Of a DNA stretch of 64,000 nt, positions 1 through 11,213 are shown in pieces. Both the position numbers and the translations under genes were made by a program. The DNA is from Azolla caroliniana (lineage: Eukaryota; Plantae; Polypodiophyta), in the NCBI GenBank assembly GCA_043228905.1, contig JBHGNT010000018.1, positions 496,001 through 560,000 of the forward strand, in the 5' to 3' direction. The notes under the pieces are model-generated. The model was not told where the DNA came from. It worked only from the letters and a program-made list of their open reading frames with translations, and made no database searches. Each line of letters begins with the position of its first letter. Positions within the stretch are counted from its first letter, which is position 1.

Positions 1-2214
1 ATAAAAAGGATGCGCAAATAATATAGTGCATCCCTACAATGAGGCAAGAAATATAAGTGGGCCCAAGGATTAGACAGTGTTCATATAGCAATGTACCTTG
101 TTCATCTCTACATACACATTTGTTTGTATAACGAGGCAAAACATGCAAATGAGTAGGATTTCTACCTTATGAGGTAAGTCTTCATTATTTATGTCTAAAG
201 TCATCGTCGTGCATGCTTCATATGTGTATTTATGTATATTAATTGGTACAAAACAAAGCAAGGTGGACTCATAAATATGGAGCTCACTATAACGCCATAC
301 ACAATTCATTGAACCTGTTCAATTTCTAAAGTTGTGAATAAAAAACCTTGAAAATCAGTTCCATGTGGCACTAATTAATATGCCATGCTACAATGAGAGA
401 TGGAGACATAATCACATCTACTTCAAGGTGATTCAATCATAACCAATGACCAATGACCAAGTAGTATCAATAAATAAAAAGTACTTATATTTACATGTTA
501 ACCAATGAATAACAAAAATTACAAAACATTATACATGTCAATCTTGAAAATTGTAGAAAACTGTTGTGGGTATATTTTACCTTTGAAGTTAAAGTTCTCT
601 CCTTATTCTACTTCTAGCAATTATAGCTCTTCCACCACGAGGCTCATAGTAAAAATGACATTTTATGGGGACCATGATCGTGAAAATAAGGAACTTGGTT
701 CATTTACCCAAGCTTCAAATTCTAATTTGAAGCAATCCACAACTTTCAAGCATTACCACGATTTGCACGTTTGGTTGGGGGTATGTATGCAACCAAGATA
801 ACCAAACTATTAAACTTCATTGAAGAGAACATAGGAGGTCACCCATCCTAGAATTATCTCCAAAGTCTAATTGATTGAAGTTTAGGTTTCCAATTCGATC
901 AACCCCCTTAGACAAGAATTACATTTGAATTAAGTGACAATTTGGTGCCCCAATTGAAAAAATATTGCAAGTATGGCCAAATACGCAACTAGGGTATGCA
1001 AATTGATTGGACTTTTGAACATAAATATGATGAAATTTTAAATTTGATGGGCACAATGTCGTGGGAGATCGTCCATTCTGGCATCATCTAGTTACACTTT
1101 GTTAATTGCAAGGTTTTTTATTTTAGGCAAACATGCAGACTCCAAACCCTCATTTGAACCAACTCCCACAAACAAGCTCACAACACATTCAATGATACAT
1201 GTGTAGATGAGAAACAAGTGAATCAAACAACTAGGTGAGAGTCGAGACCAATAATGATGCTCCGGCTCAACTAAAATACAAAATCAAAGGTGGTACATAT
1301 TCACATGCAATGAAAACCCAATCGCCTCCTTGCATCTCATAAATCTTGTAATCATATTGTCGTGCCTTTTGTAGGTACCAACTTGCCTTTCACATAAATC
1401 AATAATGTTTGCTTCACATCGATTCCGATTTCCAAACGACATTAGCTCAGGATGATCTAAGCCCTAAACATAACAAATTCACATCCATCTTCGTAGATGT
1501 CTACCGCACACATCTTGCAAACCAATCACGTTGGCTCAAGTGTCAAAACCTAGATTTGTGTTCGAAGATAGCTCATTTGAACTAAGTCTCTTCACCGGCC
1601 ATAGAAAGGCACAAAAGCCGACAAACCTTTTTATCATTGATAGTGGACACAACTACTAGTACGAGCACCAGGACAATCGACGATATCAGCAAGGGGCATG
1701 GACGAGTCTTTCTCCGGACACTAGCACTCTTTGGCACCGGATCGTTCTCCAAACACTAACAAATGTCCCGAGACACACAAACACACACAACAGACATAGA
1801 CATAGACACAAACATAACACATCAGGCACAGACATTGACATTGACACCGATTGTCTCTTGAGTCTTCCTTTCTCTGGATAAATATCGATGTCTGTCGATG
1901 AATCTTCTTTCGCATGATGAATGAGACAAAGAGGCCATGACCAGGAGGGAGGACCCAGATAGACACTACTCCATGACCAGGAGGGAGGACCCAGACAGAC
2001 ACTACCGAAGCTTTTTTTTTTTTTTTTTTTTCCTTGCTTGATTTTGATGTACACGTGTAGGGTGGGACTCGATCGGGGGTTAGGTCTCTCTCTTTCTTCC
2101 TTTTTGTTGTGCAAATGAAGACTGAGAAGAGGAGAGAAGCATGATTCTCTCTCTGCTGAATCACGGGAATTTGTTGGTTGTTTTGAACCCTAACAATAGA
2201 CCTTTGCTTAAATC

Positions 2215-2680
2215 TAGGGTTTAGCAGAGCTAAATGGGGGCGGGGAAAGTCTAGGGTTTTCCAGAGAATAAGGAACAAATCCAGGGACTTCTTCATCTAG
2301 AGATCGATGACACTGAGGATTGAAATCCAGGGCCTGGGTTTAGATGAACACATGAAGAAACGAATGAATCCTAGGATGGTTGAGCAGAAGAACAGAGAGG
2401 AGACAAAGTGAAGGACTGAACCGTAGGGTTTAGCAGAGATGGGAGTGAAGAGATCCAGTGTTTTGCACTTAAGATATGGAGCGAATGAAGTCTAGGGTTT
2501 ATAAGAAAAAATCGAAAGGGCAGGGAAACTAGGGTTTAGCAGAAAAGAAGAGGCAATCAATCCTAGGAGATACGAGTTAAAATCAAGCATTGAAATCTAG
2601 GGCTCGAAAAGAAATCTATGGAAATTCGTAGTGAAAAGTGAAGGAATTGCAGAGCTTTGTTGATTCCTAGGGTTTAATGT
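2215..2680 (+). promoter_or_regulatory. Cluster of telo-box motifs (TAGGGTTT / AAACCCTA) in the probable promoter or 5' leader region of the PI4K-gamma gene
   Basis: About six (C)TAGGGTTT occurrences (near 2216, 2252, 2424, 2493, 2530, 2668) in a GA-rich stretch; telo-boxes are typical near plant TSSs. Which gene they serve is inferred. Confidence 0.45.
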
Positions 2681-2904
2681 ACAGTTTTTTTAGTGACACC
2701 GTTTTATTATGAGGTAGATACCGCTCAAGATCTAAATATCTTTCTTCACTGTGTTTAAGTCTGACAGAGGGTTTTCATAACAGAAAGTAGTTTTGGGATC
2801 GAGCTCTTCAAACTGTGAGCACCCCATTTCTCTGGTTCTTCTTCTTCTTCTTCATCATCATCATCCCTTCCGAAGAGTCGTCCTTTTCATCGAGTATAAA
2901 AAAC

Positions 2905-2925
2905 ATGGCTTTGAAACCGTATTGA
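2905..2925 (+). promoter_or_regulatory. Candidate short uORF (MALKPY*) in a spliced 5' leader of PI4K-gamma
   Basis: aaaaacATGGct strong Kozak context, TGA at 2923-2925, donor-like GTGAGT at 2930; further plausible leader exons about 3147-3242 and 3388-3503. Confidence 0.35.
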
Positions 2926-4194
2926 AATTGTGAGTGTATTTTATCAATCTTCTTCATGATGATCGAGAATCTTATTTTACTTTCTATACATCAATGAAAT
3001 GTAAAATTTCTGAGATTGTGCATATCATTCTTCTACGTAATCTGCCTTGACATTGCATGAAGCATTCTCTTTAATTTTTAATTCACCCTTATACTTGCGA
3101 ATTTATGTTAGTTTGGTTATTTGTTTCTTTTGACTGTATTCTTTAGGTGTCAAGGCTGGATCTTGAGTTAACCGAATCAAATATATTCTTCAGTTTCACA
3201 CTTCAGATCCAGATCTGCACCACGCAGTGTCTTGAATCTGAAGTAAGACTGGAAAATATTCTGTCTAACAATGTCGAAGAATATTGGTTATAGAAGCATA
3301 TACAACATGTATGGGCTGGCTTCTAATTGAACAAAGGCTGCAAGATAATGCACTTATTTCTAATAAGGTGCTCAATCCCGGTGCAGGAATTGAGCGATCT
3401 ATTTACAGAGGTTGATCTGGACTAAGCTAAGCTGAGTTAGCTTTTTCTTCATCTTGGCTGAAGATGTAAATTGTATGTTATAATAATGTCCTCAGACGTC
3501 AAGGTAAAGTATTCATTTGAAAATGAAGAGCTTTTCTGTTTGTAATATTTAAGGGTAAAAAATTTCTGCCCTTCATGTTTGTAGACCATGGCCAGTGTGC
3601 AGTATTCATATATATATATATATATATGAACAGTAATGAAATACAATATATTATAGATGTCATTACAGAATGATATATGGAGAGTAGAGAGGGTGCACAT
3701 GATTGCTAAATTATGTGAATAGGCAGATATTGCTTTTTGAAGCTAAAAACTTGTGAGCTTATGGACTGTACTCTTGCTTTGCATGCAATTGGTGAAGGAT
3801 TTTCTGCAAAACACATTACTCCCTTGAAAATAATTGATAACCATGGTGGTAGATTTCTATTACAGAGATATATTTGAAACTGTATTGGATCCACATATAT
3901 AAAGCCTAAAAGGAAAGACATTCGTGTGCAAGGGGACAGACTTTTACTACATTGATATATGGAGATTTTACAAAACCCCCTTGTTTTTCCCACACCTATT
4001 TGGTATTCGAAGATCAGAAGTGTTGAATCTCCAAAAACATAAAACAAAGAAAATATAGAATTGTGGAATGCAACTAAATAAATAACTATATTAAACTATG
4101 TTGGATCTACAAATCTTGACATGAGAGGGATGGTGGTTGCAGAGGCTGAAGCAGTAGGAAAGACGGAAGTTTAGCAGAAATTTATCTCACTGAT

Positions 4195-4227
4195 ATGCAT
4201 TGTGTTACAGGCTTGGTGGCGTGCTGA
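4195..4227 (+). promoter_or_regulatory. Candidate uORF (MHCVTGLVAC*) ending 25 nt before the PI4K-gamma ATG
   Basis: ATG CAT TGT GTT ACA GGC TTG GTG GCG TGC TGA read directly; present in mRNA only if the acceptor at ttgcag/4142 is used rather than ttacag/4210. Confidence 0.4.
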
Positions 4228-4252
4228 GAGATATTTTGCTAGTTTGGAAGAT

Positions 4253-6301
4253 ATGCCTCCAAGTGTTAGCAGCTCAGTTAAGACTCGATTTCCTCTCCCG
4301 ATTCCAGATGGTAGAAAGATGGAATCAGATGGGTTTCATTGTAAACCATCTGCGTGTCGACGTATATTTGTACAGACAGACACTGGAAGTGTTCACGGAA
4401 TCGAGCTAGATAGGACAGACAATGTGCAAACTGTAAAGAAAAAGATGCAAACTATCCTCAATGTGTCTTCAGAACAATCCTCTCTTATCTTGGGTGATAC
4501 TGTTCTTAAGAGTGATTTGAGTGAGGTAAGAAATGACTCCCCTCTCCTCCTCACTAGAGAGTTACAGAGGAGTCAATCGACACCTTGTTTCTTCAATCAA
4601 TCAAATACACAGGAGCTAATGGATTACAGTCGGCCTTTTGAAGTGGTTGGAGGTCTTCGATGCTGCCCGAGAATGAAAAGAATAATGAAGGATGTTGTGA
4701 AAGCCTTGGAATGTGGGGTTGAACCGATAGCTGTGAGTGGAGGTCTTGGAGGAGCTTATTACTTTAGGAATTGTAGAGGAGATAGTGTAGCGGTCATCAA
4801 GCCTACTGATGAAGAACCCTTTGCACCCAATAATCCCAAAGGATTTACTGGAAAAACATTGGGTCAACCTGGTCTTAAGAGAGCAGTTAGAGTTGGTGAA
4901 ACTGGAGTGAGAGAGGTTGCTGCATACCTTCTTGATCATGAAAATTTCGCGGGTGTTCCTCCTACAGTGTTGGTGAAGGTCTCACACCATATCCTTCATG
5001 TTAATGCTAACACAAGTGTTCATCGAGACTATGGAAAGGCTTCCTGTTCTTCTCCTGTTTCAAAGTTAGCCTCGTGTCAGGCATTTGTGTCTCATGATTA
5101 TGATGCGAGTGATCATGGTACTTCCTGCTTTTCTGTGTCATCTGTTCACAAGATTGGTATTCTGGACGTAAGGATTTTCAATACAGATAGGCATGCTGGG
5201 AATATTCTGGTTCGGAAAAAAATTTCTAATGAGTGCCAACCTGCTTGGAGTCGTTCTAATCTTCATGTAAATGAAACTGTAGAGCTTATACCTATAGACC
5301 ATGGGCTCTGTTTACCTGAAGGATTAGAGGACCCTTACTTTGAGTGGCTTCACTGGCCACAGTCTTCTGTGCCCTTTTCAGAAGAGGAGCTTGAATACAT
5401 AGCTAAGTTGGATGAGATTAAAGATGCAGAAATGCTTCGGGCAGAGCTTCCTATGCTGAGAGAGGCGTGCCATAGAATGCTCATTATTTCTACATCTGTT
5501 TTGAAGAAAGCAGCTGCGGCTGGCCTTTGCCTTGGGCAGATAGGGGAGATGATGAGTAAGGATGTTATTGAAGAGGCAAGCCAATTTGAACTGATTTGCT
5601 TGCAAGCAAAAAGAGCATCAATGCAGAGTGACAGTGGTGTAGATGATGTACTCTCGGAGATTTCTTTCGGAGATGAGAACGATGAGCTAGCTGAGCAGTT
5701 TGAGATGGATGAAGAAGAAGAAAGTGAGCTAGGTGAAGGTTGTTTTGGAGATGGAAGTTGTGTGGACCAAGTACCGATTTTAACCTTGCCTAATGCAAGA
5801 GGGTTGCCTACTTCTAGAGAGCGGCATGAAACTCTCCCTCCTTTGGATGAAGATGGGCTATTATTGGCAAACAAAGCAGTTTCAACTTTGAAATCTAGTT
5901 GTTTGAACAAGAGGCTTTCCTTAGGATCCCCACGAAATATGTGGCATGTTAGTGGACATCAACCATTTGGTAGTCCCAGGATGAAGCAATATCCTCAGTC
6001 ATCCAGACCCATGTGTTACAGAAGCATCAGTTTGAATCACCATAAGCCCATGTATGGAAACTATGGTGGTAGAAAGAAAAATCTGTTCAAGGATGTTCCT
6101 CTGACACCAGCACCCAAGATGAATGGGAAAGGCTTCTCTGCAGGTAATGCAAATCAATTTTCTCTTGGGGACATGAGTGATGAAGAGTGGACGTGTTTTT
6201 TGAACTGTTTCAATAGTGTTTTGGAAGAAGCTCTGGAATCTAGGAGTAATCAGAATGTGAATTTCAGTAGGCAGAGACTTGGGACCTCTTGTCAGTTTTG
6301 A
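4253..6301 (+). CDS. PI4KG: Type II phosphatidylinositol 4-kinase gamma (gamma5/6/7-like; N-terminal ubiquitin-like region + PI3/4-kinase domain), intronless CDS, 682 aa
   Basis: Motifs RRIFVQTDTG..ELDR, GGLGGAYYF, KPTDEEPFAPNNPKG, GETGVREVAAYLLDH, NTDRHAGNIL, IPIDHGLCLPE.LEDPYFEWLHWPQ and conserved C-terminus RQRLGTSCQF. First in-frame ATG is at 4253 (the ORF track starts earlier at a GTG). Confidence 0.95.
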   Translation: MPPSVSSSVKTRFPLPIPDGRKMESDGFHCKPSACRRIFVQTDTGSVHGIELDRTDNVQTVKKKMQTILNVSSEQSSLILGDTVLKSDLSEVRNDSPLLLTRELQRSQSTPCFFNQSNTQELMDYSRPFEVVGGLRCCPRMKRIMKDVVKALECGVEPIAVSGGLGGAYYFRNCRGDSVAVIKPTDEEPFAPNNPKGFTGKTLGQPGLKRAVRVGETGVREVAAYLLDHENFAGVPPTVLVKVSHHILHVNANTSVHRDYGKASCSSPVSKLASCQAFVSHDYDASDHGTSCFSVSSVHKIGILDVRIFNTDRHAGNILVRKKISNECQPAWSRSNLHVNETVELIPIDHGLCLPEGLEDPYFEWLHWPQSSVPFSEEELEYIAKLDEIKDAEMLRAELPMLREACHRMLIISTSVLKKAAAAGLCLGQIGEMMSKDVIEEASQFELICLQAKRASMQSDSGVDDVLSEISFGDENDELAEQFEMDEEEESELGEGCFGDGSCVDQVPILTLPNARGLPTSRERHETLPPLDEDGLLLANKAVSTLKSSCLNKRLSLGSPRNMWHVSGHQPFGSPRMKQYPQSSRPMCYRSISLNHHKPMYGNYGGRKKNLFKDVPLTPAPKMNGKGFSAGNANQFSLGDMSDEEWTCFLNCFNSVLEEALESRSNQNVNFSRQRLGTSCQF

Positions 6302-6689
6302 TCTTGTGCCACAGTTTCTCATTTAAGTGTTTCTAGTGAGTCTCCAAGATAATGCTTCTGAGGAAGTAGTTTGGGCTTGATTATGTTTGTGTAGAAATTG
6401 AGCTTATATACCTCTTGTAAAATTGTAAATTCTTTTATTGACAGTTCTTTCTGAGTTTTCCTCTCCATTGAAGGATGGATGGGCTTGTAAACAAACTCCT
6501 CTGTTTTTTCTTGTAACATGTACATTATTGGTTTGTTGTGTCTTATTCTATGGCAATGTGGAAAAATATTATACATGTTTCGCTCGGTGAGGCTTAAATT
6601 GAAACAACTCAAGAGTTATCCATTTAAGGTAGTGAAGTTTGGAATTATAATTGGATAATGGAACACTGACAAAGTTTGTGCCCGTCTGA

Positions 6690-6851
6690 AAGACATTCAG
6701 GACACAATGCACAATGCGTTGTGAAAGCTCATTTTAGACATTTCTGACATGATGAACAGTGAAAACTCAAAGACATTCAGGACACAATGCACAATGCATT
6801 GTGAAAGCTCATTTTAGACATTTCTGACATGATGAACAGTGAAAGCTCAAA
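6690..6851. repeat. Two-copy 80-bp tandem duplication in the PI4K/metacaspase intergenic region
   Basis: aagacattcaggacacaatgcacaatgc...gatgaacagtgaaa starts at 6690 and again at 6770. Confidence 0.85.
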
Positions 6852-7567
6852 GAGAGTCCAATTGAAAATGAAAATGGCAGAAAGTACAAGATATGCTAAC
6901 TGGTATTCCTATTGGATTGGAGTATAAATATTTTGAATGCTTGGCACGAATAAGAACTTGAACTACATCAAATGTGGGTCAGTGTAGAGTTCTGAAGGGG
7001 TGTTCTTGCATCGTCACAGAAATGATAATATCTTTGTGTATTGAGGGGGTGGGGATATACTTCATGCAATTATTTATCAGATATTTTGAGATCTGCTTAG
7101 AAAGTGAACTTTTGGCAATGATCAGTTTGACGATTTCATTGTAACCATAATTGTTTAACGTCTATCTTTGCATTATGTCCTCTAAATCTTGTAGTTGAGG
7201 AGCACTACTTGATATACAAGGACAACACCAACCAAGAATACAATCTCTGACCAATGATGTGTAGCATATTAACAATCTAGTGACACGTAGAGCACTAGCA
7301 ACAAGATCTTGCAACTTTTATGCTTGGGTGTGTATGCATGGATTTTGTTATTTCTAAGATATCTATGCAACCAACCTTCGATCTGGGGTTGATAAGAAAC
7401 ACAACTGGCTAACAAGGACAACACCACCAATTAAGAATACAATCCCTTACCAATGATATGGGTAGCTTATTAATGATATGGTGACACATAAAGCATAAAA
7501 TGAAAACTAGTGTACACCACTCATGTTATTTGAGGTTCAAAACAAGGAGAGAGTTGATACTAGCTAA

Positions 7568-9419
7568 CTAACAAATAAAGGGAGCATCAGCATTTCCATC
7601 GGTACAATAGAGACCGGGTTGTTGAGTGAAGCCTTGTGAGGTGAGGAGCTTACGAACTTGTGTGACGAGTTGGCGATTCGTGATTGGTTCATCAGGAGGG
7701 GCCGAGCCAATGGTAATTTGGATAGCATTACTAAGAGCACCATAAGCACCACCATCGCCAGGGCGGGCATCTGCGGATGTTTGGCTACTCTGGCACCCAC
7801 TCACAAGGATACCCATATCTCGGCCCTGCACGCGCCCACTATCCTCATGCCGACCATAACTATAATCCTCACTCGGCTCTTCTCCGAATCTTTGGTCAAC
7901 AAATTGTGTTGCTAGAGATCCTACCAACCCCATAAACCCACCTCCTCCTTGTTCATTGGTATCCCCTCCGATGAGAGATCTCGCGAATTTCTTCACTGTG
8001 GAGGTCGCATCGTCCCCAAACAAGTCAAGCAAAGTTGTCCTTATGTTGCCTACTCCTACATCATCTTTCCCGGACTTTTCTTTCAACACATCCAGCAAAG
8101 TGTCCAATGGCAAGGACTTGTTCTGTATCTCCACATCATCTCTGCCATAGCTCCATTCCCTATTTGCACTCCCATCCTCATCATTTCCATGTCCTTCCCC
8201 TGATGATTGGAAGCTGTCTCCTATTTGCTCCTTTGTGTGATCGATGAGACCTCCGCTATGGCAAGAATCCGAGACTATGGTGAGTTTGGCATCAGGAGGA
8301 AGCTTATCCACCAAGGAACGGAACTCTTCATCTGTAGTACATCATCATGAGATGGGATAAGAAACACATTGATAGATCTTTCAAAATATTTGACACTGAG
8401 AAAGGACCCATTTTCACATAGGGGATTATTGTTATTATAAGCCTTAATGATTTAGCCCCCTAACAAAATACTACTTGTGTTTAGACTAATATCAGTCTCT
8501 CCATGGATTCTACATAGTGTTGTTATATTAACACCATAGCTATCCAGAGCCCAGACTATTATGGCTGACCTAATGCCATCCCATTCTCCCATATTAAGGC
8601 CAGGCATAGATCATCATCCACAAGGCAAAATGGATGAGATTCACCTAATGCCATCCAATTCTCCCATGTTAGGGCAAGGCATAGATCATCATCCACAAGG
8701 GCAAAATAGATGAGATTCAGCTAATGGCATCCCATTCTCCTATATTAGGACCAGGCATAGATCATCATCCACAAGGGCAAAAATGGATGAGATTCACCTA
8801 ATGCCATGCCATTCTCCCATATTAAGGGCAAGCATAGATCATCATCCACAAGGCCAAATGGATGAAATTCACCTAATGCCATGCCATTCTCCCATATTAA
8901 GGGCAAGCATAGATCATCATCCACAAGGCCAAATGGATGAAATTCACCTAATGCAATCCCATTCTCCCATATTAGGGCCAGGCATAGAAAGAGCAAAAAT
9001 GGATGAGATTCATGTCTACTTTGGACTCAATAGCAACTTCTAGTAATGAATGCAATCATGTGGGCGCACATACCGTGGATGAGATTCATGTCACAAGGGA
9101 CAATGCATTCGTCATAGCCCGTCTCGTCATTCTCATCGGCATCTGCGGGCACACGGGTGCCATGGCCACTGTAGTGGAAGAAGAGGATGTCTCCGGGTTG
9201 TGCCTGGGAGATGAGGTCTTGGAGGGCCTGCCGGATATTGGCGCCCGTCGGAGACCGGTAATTGTCATCGGTGTCAATGAGCACCGTAATGTCATCCTCC
9301 GAGAATCCGAACCTGTCCACTAGGCTCTTGTGCATGTTCCACACATCATTCACACATCCCTGGAGCTCCGCCTTCGTGCCCGGGTAGTTACAGCCCACTA
9401 AGACAGCCCTCTTAGCCAT
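7568..9419 (-). CDS. Type II metacaspase copy MC-A, intact, 2 exons: join(9419..9074, 8331..7568), 369 aa
   Basis: [22 protein letters not shown], catalytic FHYSGHG and SDSCHSG, maturation-site NKSLP, p10 [11 protein letters not shown] and QQPGLYC. Phase-1 GT-AG intron 9073..8332 restores NLIHDEEFR; 346+764=1110 nt. Confidence 0.95.
8567..9010. repeat. Intronic minisatellite, about 6 copies of a 75-77 bp unit
   Basis: Unit cacctaatgccatcccattctcccatattaagggcaagcatagatcatcatccacaaggccaaatggatgagatt starts near 8567, 8642, 8718, 8795, 8870, 8945 (last copy internally shortened). Confidence 0.92.
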
Positions 9420-10398
9420 TATGTCTTCTCTCTCTCTCTCTCTCTGGCTCTTAAGATTACTAGATCTAAGTTCCCTCTCACTCTCTCCAATGGTTAGATC
9501 TAAATGATATGTAGTGTCTCTTTTGTAATGGATCAATGTCAGATCTAGGAACTTGCTCAAGTCTTTCTGAAGGACAAGTCATTGGTGTGGGGTAAGCCTT
9601 ATCATGTCTCCTTTCTCTCCACTTTTGATCTACTTATTTGACATTTTATGAACCGAAACAATTGCAACACGACAAGGTCGGGGGGTGCAAAAGAAAAGAA
9701 AATGAAAAGACATGGCGAGCCCCTCCCTAATCAAAGATAGATTTTGCACTTAGCTTTACTTTTAAGAGAAGACCTAACCTAATATGCTTCATCACTTAAA
9801 ATATAGATGTTTGGACATATCTTTATCATAGTATTTTGGAAATTTGCTGTGTCAACTATATCAAAATCATTCTTCAAACAATTTCAGAATGTAGCCATGA
9901 AATTTCTTACATAAAATTGAAATCAATGGATCATATGTGTAGATGCTATGTGAGATATTTCTTGTATATGATCTTAATCACCGTTCTACATTGGATCCCA
10001 TTGTGCCTTTAATATCAACAAAAGTCATAAATAAGTTTTCATTATGTACTTTTTCTCATGAAAAATTTAGAATGAAATGCATCTATAACAAATGTATCAT
10101 CAAGGAATGCCAAATGGAAAGCCTCAATGTTTGATTTGAGAGGTTTTCCAATACTAGCAATACCTGGATGCAACTCTTACAAAGTACTATTCAACATGTT
10201 AATCTCTCCAAGCACATCGTAAAAGAACAGAACAAAAGTTGTACCCACTAGTAATGAGGTCTTGTGATTTAACAATACAATGGAATCGGTCTCTCTTATG
10301 GTTTGCATCGTTAAACTTGTGAGCATATAAGTGTATACATACATATTATAAGGTAACTCTTGATGTAATAGAAAGGTAACGTGCTCCAAACGTCCACA

Positions 10399-10870
10399 CA
10401 TGGAAACTAAAGGATCTGTTCAAGGATGTTCCTCTGACACCAGCACCCAAGATGAATGGGAAAGGCTTCTCTGCAGGTAATGCAAATCAATTTTCTCTTG
10501 GGGACATAAGTGATGAAGAGTGGACGTGTTTTTTGAACTGTTTCAATAGTGTTTTGGAAGAAGCTCTGGAATCTAGGAGTAATCAGAATGTGAATTTCAG
10601 TAGGCAGAGACTTGGGACCTCTTGTCAGTTTTGATCTTGTGCCACAGTTTCTCATTTAAGTGTTTCTAGTGAGTCTCCAAGATAATGCTTCTGAGGAAGT
10701 AGTTTGGGCTTGATTATGTTTGTGTAGAAGTTGAGCTTATATATAACTCTCGTAAAATTGACAGTCCTTTCGGAGTTTTCCTCTCCATTGAAGGATGGAT
10801 GGGCTTGTAAACAAACGCCTCTGTTTTTTCTTGTAACATGTACATGACTTGTTTGATGTGTTTTATGTTA
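10399..10870 (+). pseudogene. Duplicated 3' fragment of PI4K-gamma (last ~75 codons to stop at 10634, plus 3' UTR)
   Basis: Near-identical to about 6056-6550 (..KDVPLTPAPKMNGKGFSAG..RQRLGTSCQF*); no kinase domain. Confidence 0.93.
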
Positions 10871-10958
10871 TGAAAGCTTGTTCCTCCTGATGGGGGAGAC
10901 GGTTGAAACACCAAAATCAGCCGAGAGGTCGAATGGAGTTGGCTGAATGGTCAAATAC

Positions 10959-10977
10959 ATACACACACACACACACA

Positions 10978-11039
<62 letters not shown>

Positions 11040-11142
11040 GTAGTTAGGTCATCGATGATCATTACTACCTGTGCGCGCATGAGAGAAATATACTAAGAGA
11101 GCACAAAACTAAGTGTGTGTGAGAAGCGCGAGAGAAAACAAT

Positions 11143-11208
<66 letters not shown>
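10959..11208. repeat. (CA)n/(CACG)n and (GA)n microsatellites
   Basis: (CA)n about 10959-11034 and (GA)n about 11145-11208. Confidence 0.95.

Positions 11209-11213
<5 letters not shown>

Noticed and set aside
1-1680. Short ORFs at the window start
   Set aside because: No recognisable motifs or consistent splice structure; treated as intergenic or decayed repeat.
1686-2296. ORFs of 142 and 191 aa on the - strand
   Set aside because: Low-complexity translations of poly-A, GT-rich and 36-bp duplicated sequence; no recognisable domain.
4202-4252. N-terminal extension MLQAWWRAERYFASLED of the PI4K ORF
   Set aside because: Starts at GTG from a prokaryote-style ORF caller; first ATG is at 4253 and there is no direct evidence for non-AUG initiation.
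8567-9010. Regular repeats resembling a CRISPR array
   Set aside because: Units are contiguous with no unique spacers, lie in a spliceosomal intron, and there are no cas genes.
9420-9560. N-terminal extension of MC-A (and [12 protein letters not shown] on MC-E) as a prodomain
   Set aside because: Non-ATG starts running through GA-repeat 5' UTR; type II metacaspases begin at MAK(R/K)AVL.
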